This document shows positions 37,158 through 45,105 of a stretch of DNA of 64,000 nt, piece by piece. The stretch lies in NCBI RefSeq assembly GCF_051954055.1, contig NZ_JBQCIE010000092.1, forward strand, positions 152,686-216,685, written 5' to 3'. The translations under genes were made by a program, and so were the position numbers. The notes below the pieces were generated by a model that did not search any database, was not told the origin of the DNA, and was given only the letters and a program-made list of their open reading frames with translations. The stretch's first letter is position 1. The number at the start of each line of letters is the position of its first letter. Origin of the DNA: Humibacter sp. GTDB lineage: Bacteria; Actinomycetota; Actinomycetes; Actinomycetales; Microbacteriaceae.

Positions 37158-37940
37158 TCAGCAGCCCGGTCCTCGCGGGTCGGCCTGGCAGTTGCGCTGC
37201 ACCAGCACGGTCTTCGCGTCGGCGGCGATCACCGTGAACGTCGGCGCGGACAGCCTCAGCGTACCCGGCACGTCTTGCCATGGCCCGCCTCCGATCCGAT
37301 ATTGCGCCGAGTATTCGACGGTCAGGGCCACGCCGTAGCTGCCGCCTGCCGTGTAGACGTGGCTGGTGGGCGTCGGGCTGAACTCCGGAACGCCGAGCGA
37401 CCGCCATGTCGCGCCGCCTGTCGCGGTCGAAACGCGTGCGCCGTCACCGTAGTCCCACAGGAAGCGCACCGGTGTGAAGCGCACGGTCGCGGGCTGTCCG
37501 ACGAGGGATCCGGACGCCGTGTGCTGCGCCGCGCTGGACACGAAGTTGGCATCAAGTCCGATGATCGCCCAGCCGTTCGGCTCGCCGAAGATCGTGGGCT
37601 TCTGAGGATAGAACGAGGCCAGAGCCGACATCGTGACGCCCTGAACCTGCACAGCGATGTTCCCAGCGCAGGCGGCCCCAGGTGGACAGGGATTGCCCGC
37701 CGCGGGGGCCGCAGCGTTCGTGTCGTCGGATGCCTCGTCGTCGGATGCGCCGTTGCCACCGCTGTTGCCGTCGGAGCCGCCGCTCGCGCCAACGTCGACA
37801 TGGTCACCGGAGATGGAGCCGGTGGAGCAGAGGCCTGCCGCCCACTCAGCAGCAGTGCAGCTTGCATCCTCGTGGGCGGTCGCGGGCAACACCAGGGCCG
37901 CAGAAAGCGCACCGACTAGCAGAAGTTTTTGCCCGACCAC
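37158..37940 (-). CDS. secreted PKD-domain-like protein
   Basis: Signal peptide (LLLVGALSAALVLPATAHE). An acidic Gly/Ser/Asp linker, then HVYTAGGSYGVALTVEY, which matches the PKD-domain core pattern. Cys pairs at both ends. Confidence 0.6.
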   Translation of the reverse strand: MVGQKLLLVGALSAALVLPATAHEDASCTAAEWAAGLCSTGSISGDHVDVGASGGSDGNSGGNGASDDEASDDTNAAAPAAGNPCPPGAACAGNIAVQVQGVTMSALASFYPQKPTIFGEPNGWAIIGLDANFVSSAAQHTASGSLVGQPATVRFTPVRFLWDYGDGARVSTATGGATWRSLGVPEFSPTPTSHVYTAGGSYGVALTVEYSAQYRIGGGPWQDVPGTLRLSAPTFTVIAADAKTVLVQRNCQADPRGPGC

Positions 37941-38458
37941 GTCTCGCTCCGAGATAGCAGCGCTTTGCCATGGCTGTCGGCCTGGAAGCCAACTTCAAAC
38001 GGCATTCGAACCGGGCGACCCGAAGGCGAGATGTCGTCGCCATTCTTACCAATGACTCGGACGTCGTGCGTGTCGACGCAGACATACGCATCGATTGAGG
38101 GCCCCGTTACCTTTGCGATCTCCAAGGAGTCAAAGGCCGTTTGTCCGGTCGTGTGCACCTCATGGGTGCGAAACGAATCGAACCCCTTTAGCTCGCGCTG
38201 ATATTGGCTTCGCGTCACATACGGCTTGATGCGTTCCGGGTTCGCTCCTCCATCGTGCGAGATCGTGTCCGACATCTTGAGGTACGCGGCATAGGCATCC
38301 GTCGCTGCCTTCAGCGCCTCCTCGTCCGATGCGAAGAGAGGTGTGCGAGCGGACGTCGGCGTGGGTGTCGGCATCGGCTGCGCGGGAGTGCACGCGGCGA
38401 GCGGGAGCGCGAGGAGCGCGGCGATGGCCGCTGCCGGCATCCATCGGCGCAGTGACAT
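37916..38458 (-). CDS. lipoprotein, unknown function
   Basis: Lipobox LPLAAC after a basic/hydrophobic leader. It overlaps the next gene by 25 nt, implying one operon with the PKD protein and htrA. Confidence 0.65.
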   Translation of the reverse strand: MSLRRWMPAAAIAALLALPLAACTPAQPMPTPTPTSARTPLFASDEEALKAATDAYAAYLKMSDTISHDGGANPERIKPYVTRSQYQRELKGFDSFRTHEVHTTGQTAFDSLEIAKVTGPSIDAYVCVDTHDVRVIGKNGDDISPSGRPVRMPFEVGFQADSHGKALLSRSETWSGKNFC

Positions 38459-38621
38459 GGGGACAACCGTAGGGCACGACGCGACTCAGGGCAGGCGTTA
38501 TCCACAGCCGCATCCGCTCATCGGTCGCCGGTCGACCGCAGGCACCGCACCGACCGGCGCACTACCGTGAGAGGCACGGTTGCGGTGATGACAAGACCCT
38601 GCACGACGAGGCGGAGGAACG

Positions 38622-39842
38622 ATGACGGCGTTGATTCCCGGAAACTGGCAGCGGGCTGCACACGGGGCTGGGCTCCTGAGTGCGGAGGGCGCGGTGTCGG
38701 CGACGATCTTCGCCGAGATGAGTGCGCTGGCGACGCGAACCGGAGCGATCAACCTCGGGCAGGGCTTCCCGGACGAGGACGGACCGGCCGAGGTGCTCGA
38801 CGTCGCGGTGCGGAGCATCCGTGACGGTGTTAACCAGTACCCGCCGGGAATCGGGATGCCCGTGCTGCGCGAGGCGATCGCCGAGCATCAGCAGCGTTTC
38901 TACGGGCTGAGCGTCGACCCGGATCGCGAAGTGTTGGTGACGGCCGGAGCGACCGAGGCGATCGCCGCGACGCTGCTCGCTCTGCTGCAGGACGGTGACG
39001 AGGTCGTCACGTTCGAGCCGTTCTACGACTCGTACGGGGCGATCATTGCCCTGGCCGGCGGAGTGCATCGCGCGGTGCCGCTGCGGGCGCCGGACTTCGA
39101 ACCGGATCTCGATGAGCTGCGGACGGCGGTGACTGACCGGACCAGGGTTATCCTGGTGAACGATCCGCACAACCCGACTGGTGCGGTGTTCGGACGAGAG
39201 ACGCTCGAGACCATCGTCGAGCTCGCGCACGCGCACGACGCCGTCATCGTGACCGACGAGGTGTACGAGCACCTGACGTTCGATCGCCCGCACATCCCGA
39301 TCGCCACACTGCCCGGCGGACGGGATCGCACGGTGACGATCTCGTCGGGCGGCAAGACGTTCAACACGACCGGTTGGAAGATCGGCTGGCTGATCGCTCC
39401 CCCGGCTCTCGTAACGGCGATCACCGCGGTCAAGCAGTTCCTCACCTATGTGAACGGCGCACCCTTCCAACCGGCGATCGCTGCTGGACTGCGGATGCCC
39501 GACTCCTTCTTCACCGAGATCGCGGCGACCCTGGCCGCGAAACGCGACCTGCTCTCGGCCGGTCTGGAGAGCGCCGGGTTCGGCGTCTTCGCCTCACACG
39601 GCTCGTACTTCGTCGTGGCGGACGCCGCTCCGCTCGGCTACACGGATGCCATCGCCTTCTGCCGCGAGCTGCCGTCACTCGCCGGCGTGGTCGGCGTGCC
39701 GATCAGCGCGTTCTGCGGGCCGGGGATGCGGGAGGAGGCCGCATCGCTCGTGCGCTTCGCGTTCTGCAAGCGAGTCGACGTGCTCGAGCGAGCCGCGGCT
39801 CAGTTGGCTCGGTTGGGTCAGGGCTTGGCCACGACCGCGTAG
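38622..39842 (+). CDS. class I/II PLP-dependent aminotransferase (DapC/kynurenine-aminotransferase-like)
   Basis: Motifs INLGQGFPDEDGP, VNDPHNPTG, and SSGGKTFNTTGWKIGW (PLP Lys). Confidence 0.9.
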   Translation: MTALIPGNWQRAAHGAGLLSAEGAVSATIFAEMSALATRTGAINLGQGFPDEDGPAEVLDVAVRSIRDGVNQYPPGIGMPVLREAIAEHQQRFYGLSVDPDREVLVTAGATEAIAATLLALLQDGDEVVTFEPFYDSYGAIIALAGGVHRAVPLRAPDFEPDLDELRTAVTDRTRVILVNDPHNPTGAVFGRETLETIVELAHAHDAVIVTDEVYEHLTFDRPHIPIATLPGGRDRTVTISSGGKTFNTTGWKIGWLIAPPALVTAITAVKQFLTYVNGAPFQPAIAAGLRMPDSFFTEIAATLAAKRDLLSAGLESAGFGVFASHGSYFVVADAAPLGYTDAIAFCRELPSLAGVVGVPISAFCGPGMREEAASLVRFAFCKRVDVLERAAAQLARLGQGLATTA

Positions 39843-40636
39843 CGGCGCAGTGAGAGAGCGGGATTCAGCGCCCGCACGTCCGTAAGGCGATTGCGGTCGA
39901 TCCAGGCGAGTGCGACACCGGGGCGCTCTCCTGCGTCCGCGAGCACGACACCCATGGGATCGACGACGATGCTCGAGCCGATGCTGACGCCACCGACCTG
40001 GTCGGCCGCTGCGACGAACACTGTGTTCTCGATCGCCCGCGCCGTGATCAGCGTGCGCCAGTGATGCTCCTTGAGCGGTCCGCGCACCCACTCGCTCGGC
40101 ACCACCACGAGGTCGGCACCCGCATCCACGATGGTGCGGGTGATCTCGGGGAACCGGAGGTCGTAACAGGTCTGCAGGCCTACGGTGAGACCTTCGACGT
40201 CGAAGAGCTGCGGTGCCTCGAGCGGTCCGGGCTGTACGACGTCTGACTCGCGAACCCCGAACGCGTCGTACAGGTGCTGCTTGCGATACACCGCACGGAT
40301 GCCCGAACCAGGTGCAAGCGCGGTCAGGGTGTTGGAGAAGCGATGCGGGTCATCCGTGCGCTCGGCGAAGCCTGCGACGATCGTGAGGCCTAGTTCGTCT
40401 GCGAGCCGAGCGAGCGAACTCGTGAATGGACCGTCGAGCGGCTCCGCATGAGCGAGGAAGCGGGAGTCGACCGGATCGACGAAGTACGACGAGTACTCCG
40501 GAAACACGACGAGCCGCGCGCCGCGCTGAGCCGCCTGCGACGCGAGGCCCGCGATCGTGTCGAGGTTCTGGACAGGGTCCGGCCCCGGCGTGAATTGCGC
40601 GACAGCGACCGCGACGAGCGTTTCCGAATCCGGCAT
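39818..40636 (-). CDS. carbon-nitrogen hydrolase (nitrilase superfamily)
   Basis: LVVFPEY (Glu) and GLQTCYDLRFPE (catalytic Cys context). The 3' end overlaps the aminotransferase 3' end by 25 nt (convergent). Confidence 0.85.
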   Translation of the reverse strand: MPDSETLVAVAVAQFTPGPDPVQNLDTIAGLASQAAQRGARLVVFPEYSSYFVDPVDSRFLAHAEPLDGPFTSSLARLADELGLTIVAGFAERTDDPHRFSNTLTALAPGSGIRAVYRKQHLYDAFGVRESDVVQPGPLEAPQLFDVEGLTVGLQTCYDLRFPEITRTIVDAGADLVVVPSEWVRGPLKEHHWRTLITARAIENTVFVAAADQVGGVSIGSSIVVDPMGVVLADAGERPGVALAWIDRNRLTDVRALNPALSLRRYAVVAKP

Positions 40637-40719
40637 GGGCCCACCCTACGGTCTCCGGCTCTACCGGGGATGTCCGAGCGGTTTCTGGAGGCAGCGAGAA
40701 AAGAGAAGACCACCCTCGC

Positions 40720-40739
40720 GGTTGCGGGGGCAGGATTTG
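40720..40739 (-). repeat. 20-nt duplicate of the 3' end of tRNA-fMet (att-like direct repeat)
   Basis: ggttgcgggggcaggatttg is identical to 40878-40897. In tRNA sense this is CAAATCCTGCCCCCGCAACC, i.e. T-arm 3' half, acceptor 3' strand, discriminator and CC. Confidence 0.8.
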
Positions 40740-40836
40740 TCCCTACCGCCCCTCCACACGCGGCTGCGCCGCGTGCGGAGCCTCTGGCGGTGGGGGCCCA
40801 CCTACGGGCAGGTTCATTCACACACCCACGTAATGA

Positions 40837-40876
40837 AATCAAGAAGGGCGCCCCTTCCGGGACGCCCTTCTTGATT
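40837..40876 (-). terminator. strong stem-loop immediately 3' of tRNA-fMet
   Basis: Perfect 14-bp stem aatcaagaagggcg / cgcccttcttgatt with a 12-nt loop, abutting the encoded CCA end. Confidence 0.6.
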
Positions 40877-40953
40877 TGGTTGCGGGGGCAGGATTTGAAC
40901 CTACGACCTCTGGGTTATGAGCCCAGCGAGCTACCGAGCTGCTCCACCCCGCG
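40877..40953 (-). tRNA. initiator tRNA-Met (anticodon CAU), CCA encoded
   Basis: The minus strand reads CGCGGGGTGGAGCAGCTCGGTAGCTCGCTGGGCTCATAACCCAGAGGTCGTAGGTTCAAATCCTGCCCCCGCAACCA. The C1:A72 mismatch and the GGG/CCC run closing the anticodon loop are initiator hallmarks. Confidence 0.92.
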
Positions 40954-41002
40954 GCACGATCGACGAGCCTAGCACGGTGGACGCGGTGGCGAAAATCGGG
41001 GC

Positions 41003-41596
41003 CTACTGGGCCGGTGGAGTCACCGGCTCGGCGCCGCGCTCGATCTTCACGCCGGTGAACTCCACGTCGACGGGTTCCGTGAACCGGCGACCGTTGACCT
41101 CGTCGTGACGCATGAAGGTCGGCGGGTCCACGTGCACGCGCAGTACATATTCGCCGTCCTCGGGCAGAATCCAGTTCCGGGCGTAGTGATAGATCATCGG
41201 ATGCCACACCAGCACCTGGTCGTGCGGTCCCAGCTCCTCGCCACTTGGTGTCACCAGGGTCGCCGTGACCGAGACGCCGGGGATGAACCGGCCGTCGGAT
41301 CCGTCGCACACAACGATCTCGAGATGCTGGTTCTCTTCCTTCGGGTTGTTCCACGTGAGCTCACCCTCGTCGAAGCTGTACATGCCCTCGGCATCCTCGA
41401 CCGCGTAGCCGATCAGGTAGTCGCCCTTCTTCTGCATGCCCCCGCCCTTGGCGATGGTGCCGACCATGTATTCGACCGCCTTGTGATAGGCGTCGCCCTG
41501 TCCGATGGCGAGCTCCAGCTGTCGCTTGGTGGCCTCCGAGGTGTTCGGATCCATGGGCGGCTTCTCGGCGCCCGACAGGTGGGTGTCCGTGCTCAT
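41003..41596 (-). CDS. P19/Tpd-like (Fe2+-transport 'Iron_transport' family-like) protein without signal peptide
   Basis: ATG 41596 is preceded by aaaggaaaggag. The block pattern QHLEIVVCDGSDGRFIPGVSVTATL...HYARNW...YVLRVHVDPP...RH resembles P19/FtrA-type periplasmic iron-binding proteins. This is recalled from memory and needs an HMM check. Confidence 0.5.
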   Translation of the reverse strand: MSTDTHLSGAEKPPMDPNTSEATKRQLELAIGQGDAYHKAVEYMVGTIAKGGGMQKKGDYLIGYAVEDAEGMYSFDEGELTWNNPKEENQHLEIVVCDGSDGRFIPGVSVTATLVTPSGEELGPHDQVLVWHPMIYHYARNWILPEDGEYVLRVHVDPPTFMRHDEVNGRRFTEPVDVEFTGVKIERGAEPVTPPAQ

Positions 41597-41815
41597 CGGC
41601 GTCTCCTTTCCTTTGTGCGAAGGCAACGCTAGGGATGGCTGCGCGCGGGCCGCACCGGCTTTCCACGAGCGCGACCTAGTGCTATCGCGGCTTCGCCGCT
41701 CACGCACTCAATCGGGTTGGTCACGCAAGCAAGCTCGCATGACGCTCCCCTCAATCGCGCATAAGCCACGGTGGCTGTTCAGTAACACCAGAAGCGGCGC
41801 CGCCTACGATGTGAG

Positions 41816-41842
41816 GAGTCTTTGAGCCGCATGCAAAGACTC
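41816..41842 (+). promoter_or_regulatory. 9-bp perfect hairpin enclosing the tagF-like start region
   Basis: gagtctttg (41816-41824, includes the end of the gaggag SD), loop agccgcATG, then caaagactc (41834-41842, codons 2-4). Confidence 0.3.
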
Positions 41843-44377
41843 ATCGCGGCCACGTACTGCCAGGAGTCGTTAGTGAAGTCACCGCTCGCCCGCATCCGCC
41901 GACAAGCGCGAAAACTCAAGCGCGCTGCCGAGTACGACAGGCACGCATACTGGCGCAAGCAGCCGGTGCGACCTGGCACGGTGCTGTACGAATCGTTCTC
42001 GGGCAACGGAGCCCTGTGCAACCCGGAGGCGATCTTCCGTGGCCTGATCGCCGACCCGGAGTTCGCAGGCTTCGAACACGTGTGGGCGCTGGCCGAACGC
42101 GACTCTGCCCCCGAGCTCGCGAGCGAGTTCGTGAACGACCCGCGCGTCACGTTCGTGCGCTACCGAAGCGGTGCGTACTACAAGGCGCTCGCCACCAGCC
42201 AGTACCTCGTCAACAACGCGACCTTCCCTGCCGAGTTCAGCAAGCGCCCGGGCCAGGTGTACCTGAACACCTGGCACGGCACGCCCCTCAAGCAGATGGG
42301 CTTCGACATGCCGGACGGTGCGCTCGACTCGGCTAACACCCTGCGCAACTTCCTCGCTGCCGACTTCCTGCTCGCCGCCAACGACTTCATGGCCGAGCGC
42401 ATGTACGAGGATGCCTATCGGCTGCGCAACGTCTATGCCGGACGCATCATCATCGAGGGCTACCCCCGAATCGACCGACAGCGGCTCGACAGCCCCGGCA
42501 TCGGACGCGTGCGGGCTGCGCTGGAGCGAGCAGGAGCCGAACTCGATGGGCGAGGCATCGTGCTCTACGCGCCGACCTGGCACGGAGAGACCTTCGGACG
42601 GCCAGAGGATGACGTCGACCAGCTGATCGTGGACGTGCAGCGTCTGCAGCGCGAGCTGGGTCCCGACTACGTCGTGCTGCTGAAGACGCACCAGATCGTG
42701 CACGGATTCGCGGCATCCAGACCCGAGCTGCGGCGCATCCTCGCCCCCAATTCGTTGCCGACGAACGTGATCCTCGGCGTGTGCGACGGGCTCATCACTG
42801 ACTACTCCTCGATCTTCTTCGACTTCCTCGCCACCGGGAAGCCGATCGTCTTCTACACGCCCGACGCCGCCGAGTACACCGAGACTCGCGGCACCTATTT
42901 CCCGCCGGAGGAACTGCCGGGGCCGGTGATCGACGACGCTGCGGAGGCCGGCCGGGCCATGGAGCGACTGCTGAAGGGCGAGCCGCTCACAGAACGGTAC
43001 GAGCAGTGGCAAGAGCGGTTCTCCTCGCACGAGGACGGTGGAGCGACGCGGCGTGTCATCGACGTCGTCTTCAAGGGCATCACCGATGGCCACGACGTGC
43101 GGCCTGCCGATAACGACGGCCGCCGCCGACTGCTCCTCTATTTGGGCGGGATGCGCTCCAACGGCATCACCACCGCCGCGATGAACCTCCTGGCGGGCAT
43201 CGATCACGAGCACTACGACGTGACCGCGCTGATGTCGTACTCGCGTCGCGGCTGGGCGCGCGCGAACCAGGCGCTCATCCCTCCGCAGGTGCGGCAGATC
43301 TACCGGGTCGGCGGCATGAACGGCAGCAAGCTCTCGCACGTGCGGCGCAAGCTCGACGAGCGCCGCGGCGATGTGCTGCAGCACGACGACCCGCTGCGCT
43401 ACAAGGCGCTGTGGGACGACGAGTGGAAGCGCGTGTTCGGAGACGCGAAGTTCGACTGGGTCGCCGACTTCAGCGGGTACGGCCCGTTCTGGGCGACACT
43501 CCTGCTGCACTCCCCCGACGCGCCGCGAGCGATCTGGCTGCACAACGAGATGGCGGCCGACCGGCACCGCGAGGTGAATGGCAAGAAGCGCATGCTGCGC
43601 AGCCTGGGTCACGTCTTCTCGCTGTACCGCTCGTACGACCAGCTGGTCTCGGTCTCGCCACGGCTGACGGACCTGAACCGCAACGAGCTCGCGGAGTTCG
43701 CGCCGGCCGACCGCTTCGTGACCGTGCGAAACCTCCCCAACGTGGAGCGGGTGCTCGCCGGAATGCAGCAGCCGTTGGCCGAGCTCGACGGGCACCCGAT
43801 CGACCCGGAGACCGAGGAGGTGCTCGTACCCGACTGGGTGCGGCAGCTGGAGCAGCACGACGGACGCTGGTTCGTGACGGTCGGGCGCCTGTCGCCGGAG
43901 AAGAACCACGCACGGCTGATCCGCGCGTTCGCGACCGTGCATGACAGGCATCCGGATGCCCGGCTGCTGATCGTGGGCGGCGGACCGTTGCGCGACGAGC
44001 TTCAGGCGCTGATCGACGAGCTCGGGCTCACTGAGGTGGCCACACTGGTCGGCGCGTATCAGAACCCGTTCGCGATCCTGGCCGCGGCCGACTGCTTCGT
44101 GCTCTCCAGCGTGTACGAGGGGCAGCCGATGGTGCTTCTGGAGGCTGCCGTGTGCCGTCTGCCGATCGTCTCGACCGCGTTCGCCTCGGTGCACGACGCA
44201 CTGCCATCCGGCGCGATCCACGTGGTGGGCCAGACCGATTCGGCGCTGGCCGACGGCATGCTCGCCTACCTGAACGGGGACGTACCACCCAGCGAGTTGG
44301 ATGCCGACGCCTACCGAGCGGAGGTCGCCGACGAGTTCAACGGCATCGCCGACGTCGCGAGGCAGAGCGCCGGATGA
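41822..44377 (+). CDS. bifunctional CDP-glycerol glycerophosphotransferase (TagF/TagB family) / GT4 glycosyltransferase
   Basis: The N-terminal ~410 aa carry YLVNNATFP, YLNTWHGTPLKQMG, LYAPTWHGE, DYSSIFFDFLATGKPIVFYTPD (Glyphos_transf). The C-terminal ~420 aa carry GRLSPEKNH and EGQPMVLLEAAVCRLPIV (GT4 E-x7-E). The start is TTG 41822 or ATG 41831. Confidence 0.88.
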   Translation: MSRMQRLIAATYCQESLVKSPLARIRRQARKLKRAAEYDRHAYWRKQPVRPGTVLYESFSGNGALCNPEAIFRGLIADPEFAGFEHVWALAERDSAPELASEFVNDPRVTFVRYRSGAYYKALATSQYLVNNATFPAEFSKRPGQVYLNTWHGTPLKQMGFDMPDGALDSANTLRNFLAADFLLAANDFMAERMYEDAYRLRNVYAGRIIIEGYPRIDRQRLDSPGIGRVRAALERAGAELDGRGIVLYAPTWHGETFGRPEDDVDQLIVDVQRLQRELGPDYVVLLKTHQIVHGFAASRPELRRILAPNSLPTNVILGVCDGLITDYSSIFFDFLATGKPIVFYTPDAAEYTETRGTYFPPEELPGPVIDDAAEAGRAMERLLKGEPLTERYEQWQERFSSHEDGGATRRVIDVVFKGITDGHDVRPADNDGRRRLLLYLGGMRSNGITTAAMNLLAGIDHEHYDVTALMSYSRRGWARANQALIPPQVRQIYRVGGMNGSKLSHVRRKLDERRGDVLQHDDPLRYKALWDDEWKRVFGDAKFDWVADFSGYGPFWATLLLHSPDAPRAIWLHNEMAADRHREVNGKKRMLRSLGHVFSLYRSYDQLVSVSPRLTDLNRNELAEFAPADRFVTVRNLPNVERVLAGMQQPLAELDGHPIDPETEEVLVPDWVRQLEQHDGRWFVTVGRLSPEKNHARLIRAFATVHDRHPDARLLIVGGGPLRDELQALIDELGLTEVATLVGAYQNPFAILAAADCFVLSSVYEGQPMVLLEAAVCRLPIVSTAFASVHDALPSGAIHVVGQTDSALADGMLAYLNGDVPPSELDADAYRAEVADEFNGIADVARQSAG

Positions 44378-45105
44378 CCGGAAGCGACCCGCTGCGCCCC
44401 GTGCGGCATCCGATTCCGCTCCTCGTGCTCGGGCTGTGCGGCATCGTGCTCACCGGAGCGGTCGGGTTCGCCGTGACGCGTGCACCGCACTGGACGGTGT
44501 GGGAAACGGGTCTGCTGGACTCCATCTCGGCGACCCACGTGGCTGTCGGGCTCGCGTTGGCGGAGTTCATCGCGTGGTTCTTCTCGCCACCGATCGCGGC
44601 CCCGCTGACGTTCATCATCGCGGTCGCCCTCTGGGCGCTCACCCGCTCGTTCACGCGGGCGCTGGTGTTCGCCGTCATGGTCGGCGTGTGCTGGGGAGCG
44701 ACGGAGAGCATGAAGTTCCTGGTGCAGCGCCCGCGGCCGCACCTCTCAGCGACGGTGGTGGATGTTCCCACCAGCTTCAGCTTTCCGAGCGGGCACACGG
44801 CGTTCGCGTGCGCGATCGTGCTGGCCCTGCTCCTGACATTGCGCGACTGGCGATACGAGTGGGTGGTCATCGTTCTCGGCTCGGGTCTCGTGGTGCTCGT
44901 CGCCTGGTCGCGGATGTATCTCGGTGTGCACTTTCCGACGGATGTCACGGCCGCCGTGCTGCTGACGGTCTCCGTCGCAGGCATCGTGATACCCCTGATT
45001 CTGAATGTGGCGATGCCGTCGGTGCGCGGACGCCGCGGCATGGGCGCGAGACGGACCGGAACAGCCGGACGAACCGGAACAGAAGGTGCGATCCATGGGG
45101 AATAG
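44374..45105 (+). CDS. PAP2-family phosphatase (undecaprenyl-diphosphatase-like), all motifs intact
   Basis: ATGA overlap with the tagF-like stop. KFLVQRPRP, PSGH and SRMYLGVHFPTD match the complete K-x6-RP / PSGH / SR-x5-H-x3-D signature. Confidence 0.85.
   Translation: MTGSDPLRPVRHPIPLLVLGLCGIVLTGAVGFAVTRAPHWTVWETGLLDSISATHVAVGLALAEFIAWFFSPPIAAPLTFIIAVALWALTRSFTRALVFAVMVGVCWGATESMKFLVQRPRPHLSATVVDVPTSFSFPSGHTAFACAIVLALLLTLRDWRYEWVVIVLGSGLVVLVAWSRMYLGVHFPTDVTAAVLLTVSVAGIVIPLILNVAMPSVRGRRGMGARRTGTAGRTGTEGAIHGE

Noticed and set aside
38498-38506. Perfect DnaA-box consensus TTATCCACA in the lipoprotein/aminotransferase intergenic region.
   Set aside because: It is a single isolated box with no cluster, no AT-rich unwinding element and no dnaA/dnaN nearby, so it is most likely a chance occurrence and not an origin.
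35295-41700. The 6.4-kb block separating the two halves of the glycopolymer locus as a horizontally acquired island.
   Set aside because: Its genes (htrA, aminotransferase, nitrilase-family, initiator tRNA) are core-type and compositionally indistinguishable from their surroundings. Only the short tRNA-end duplicate hints at past integration, and that is reported separately.
41879-44221. Very long antisense ORFs. Examples: 780 aa opposite the tagF-GT4 gene; 637 aa at 61962-63875; 537 aa at 49548-51161; 530 aa at 45754-47346; 482 aa at 53867-55315; 493 aa at 7439-8920; 477/481 aa at 11442-12958; 454 aa at 9352-10716.
   Set aside because: These are the expected stop-codon-poor shadow frames of ~70% GC DNA. 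Their translations are Arg/Gly/Pro/Ala-rich with no motifs. The opposite or alternative frames carry clear family signatures, and the shadow frames lack RBS and overlap logic.
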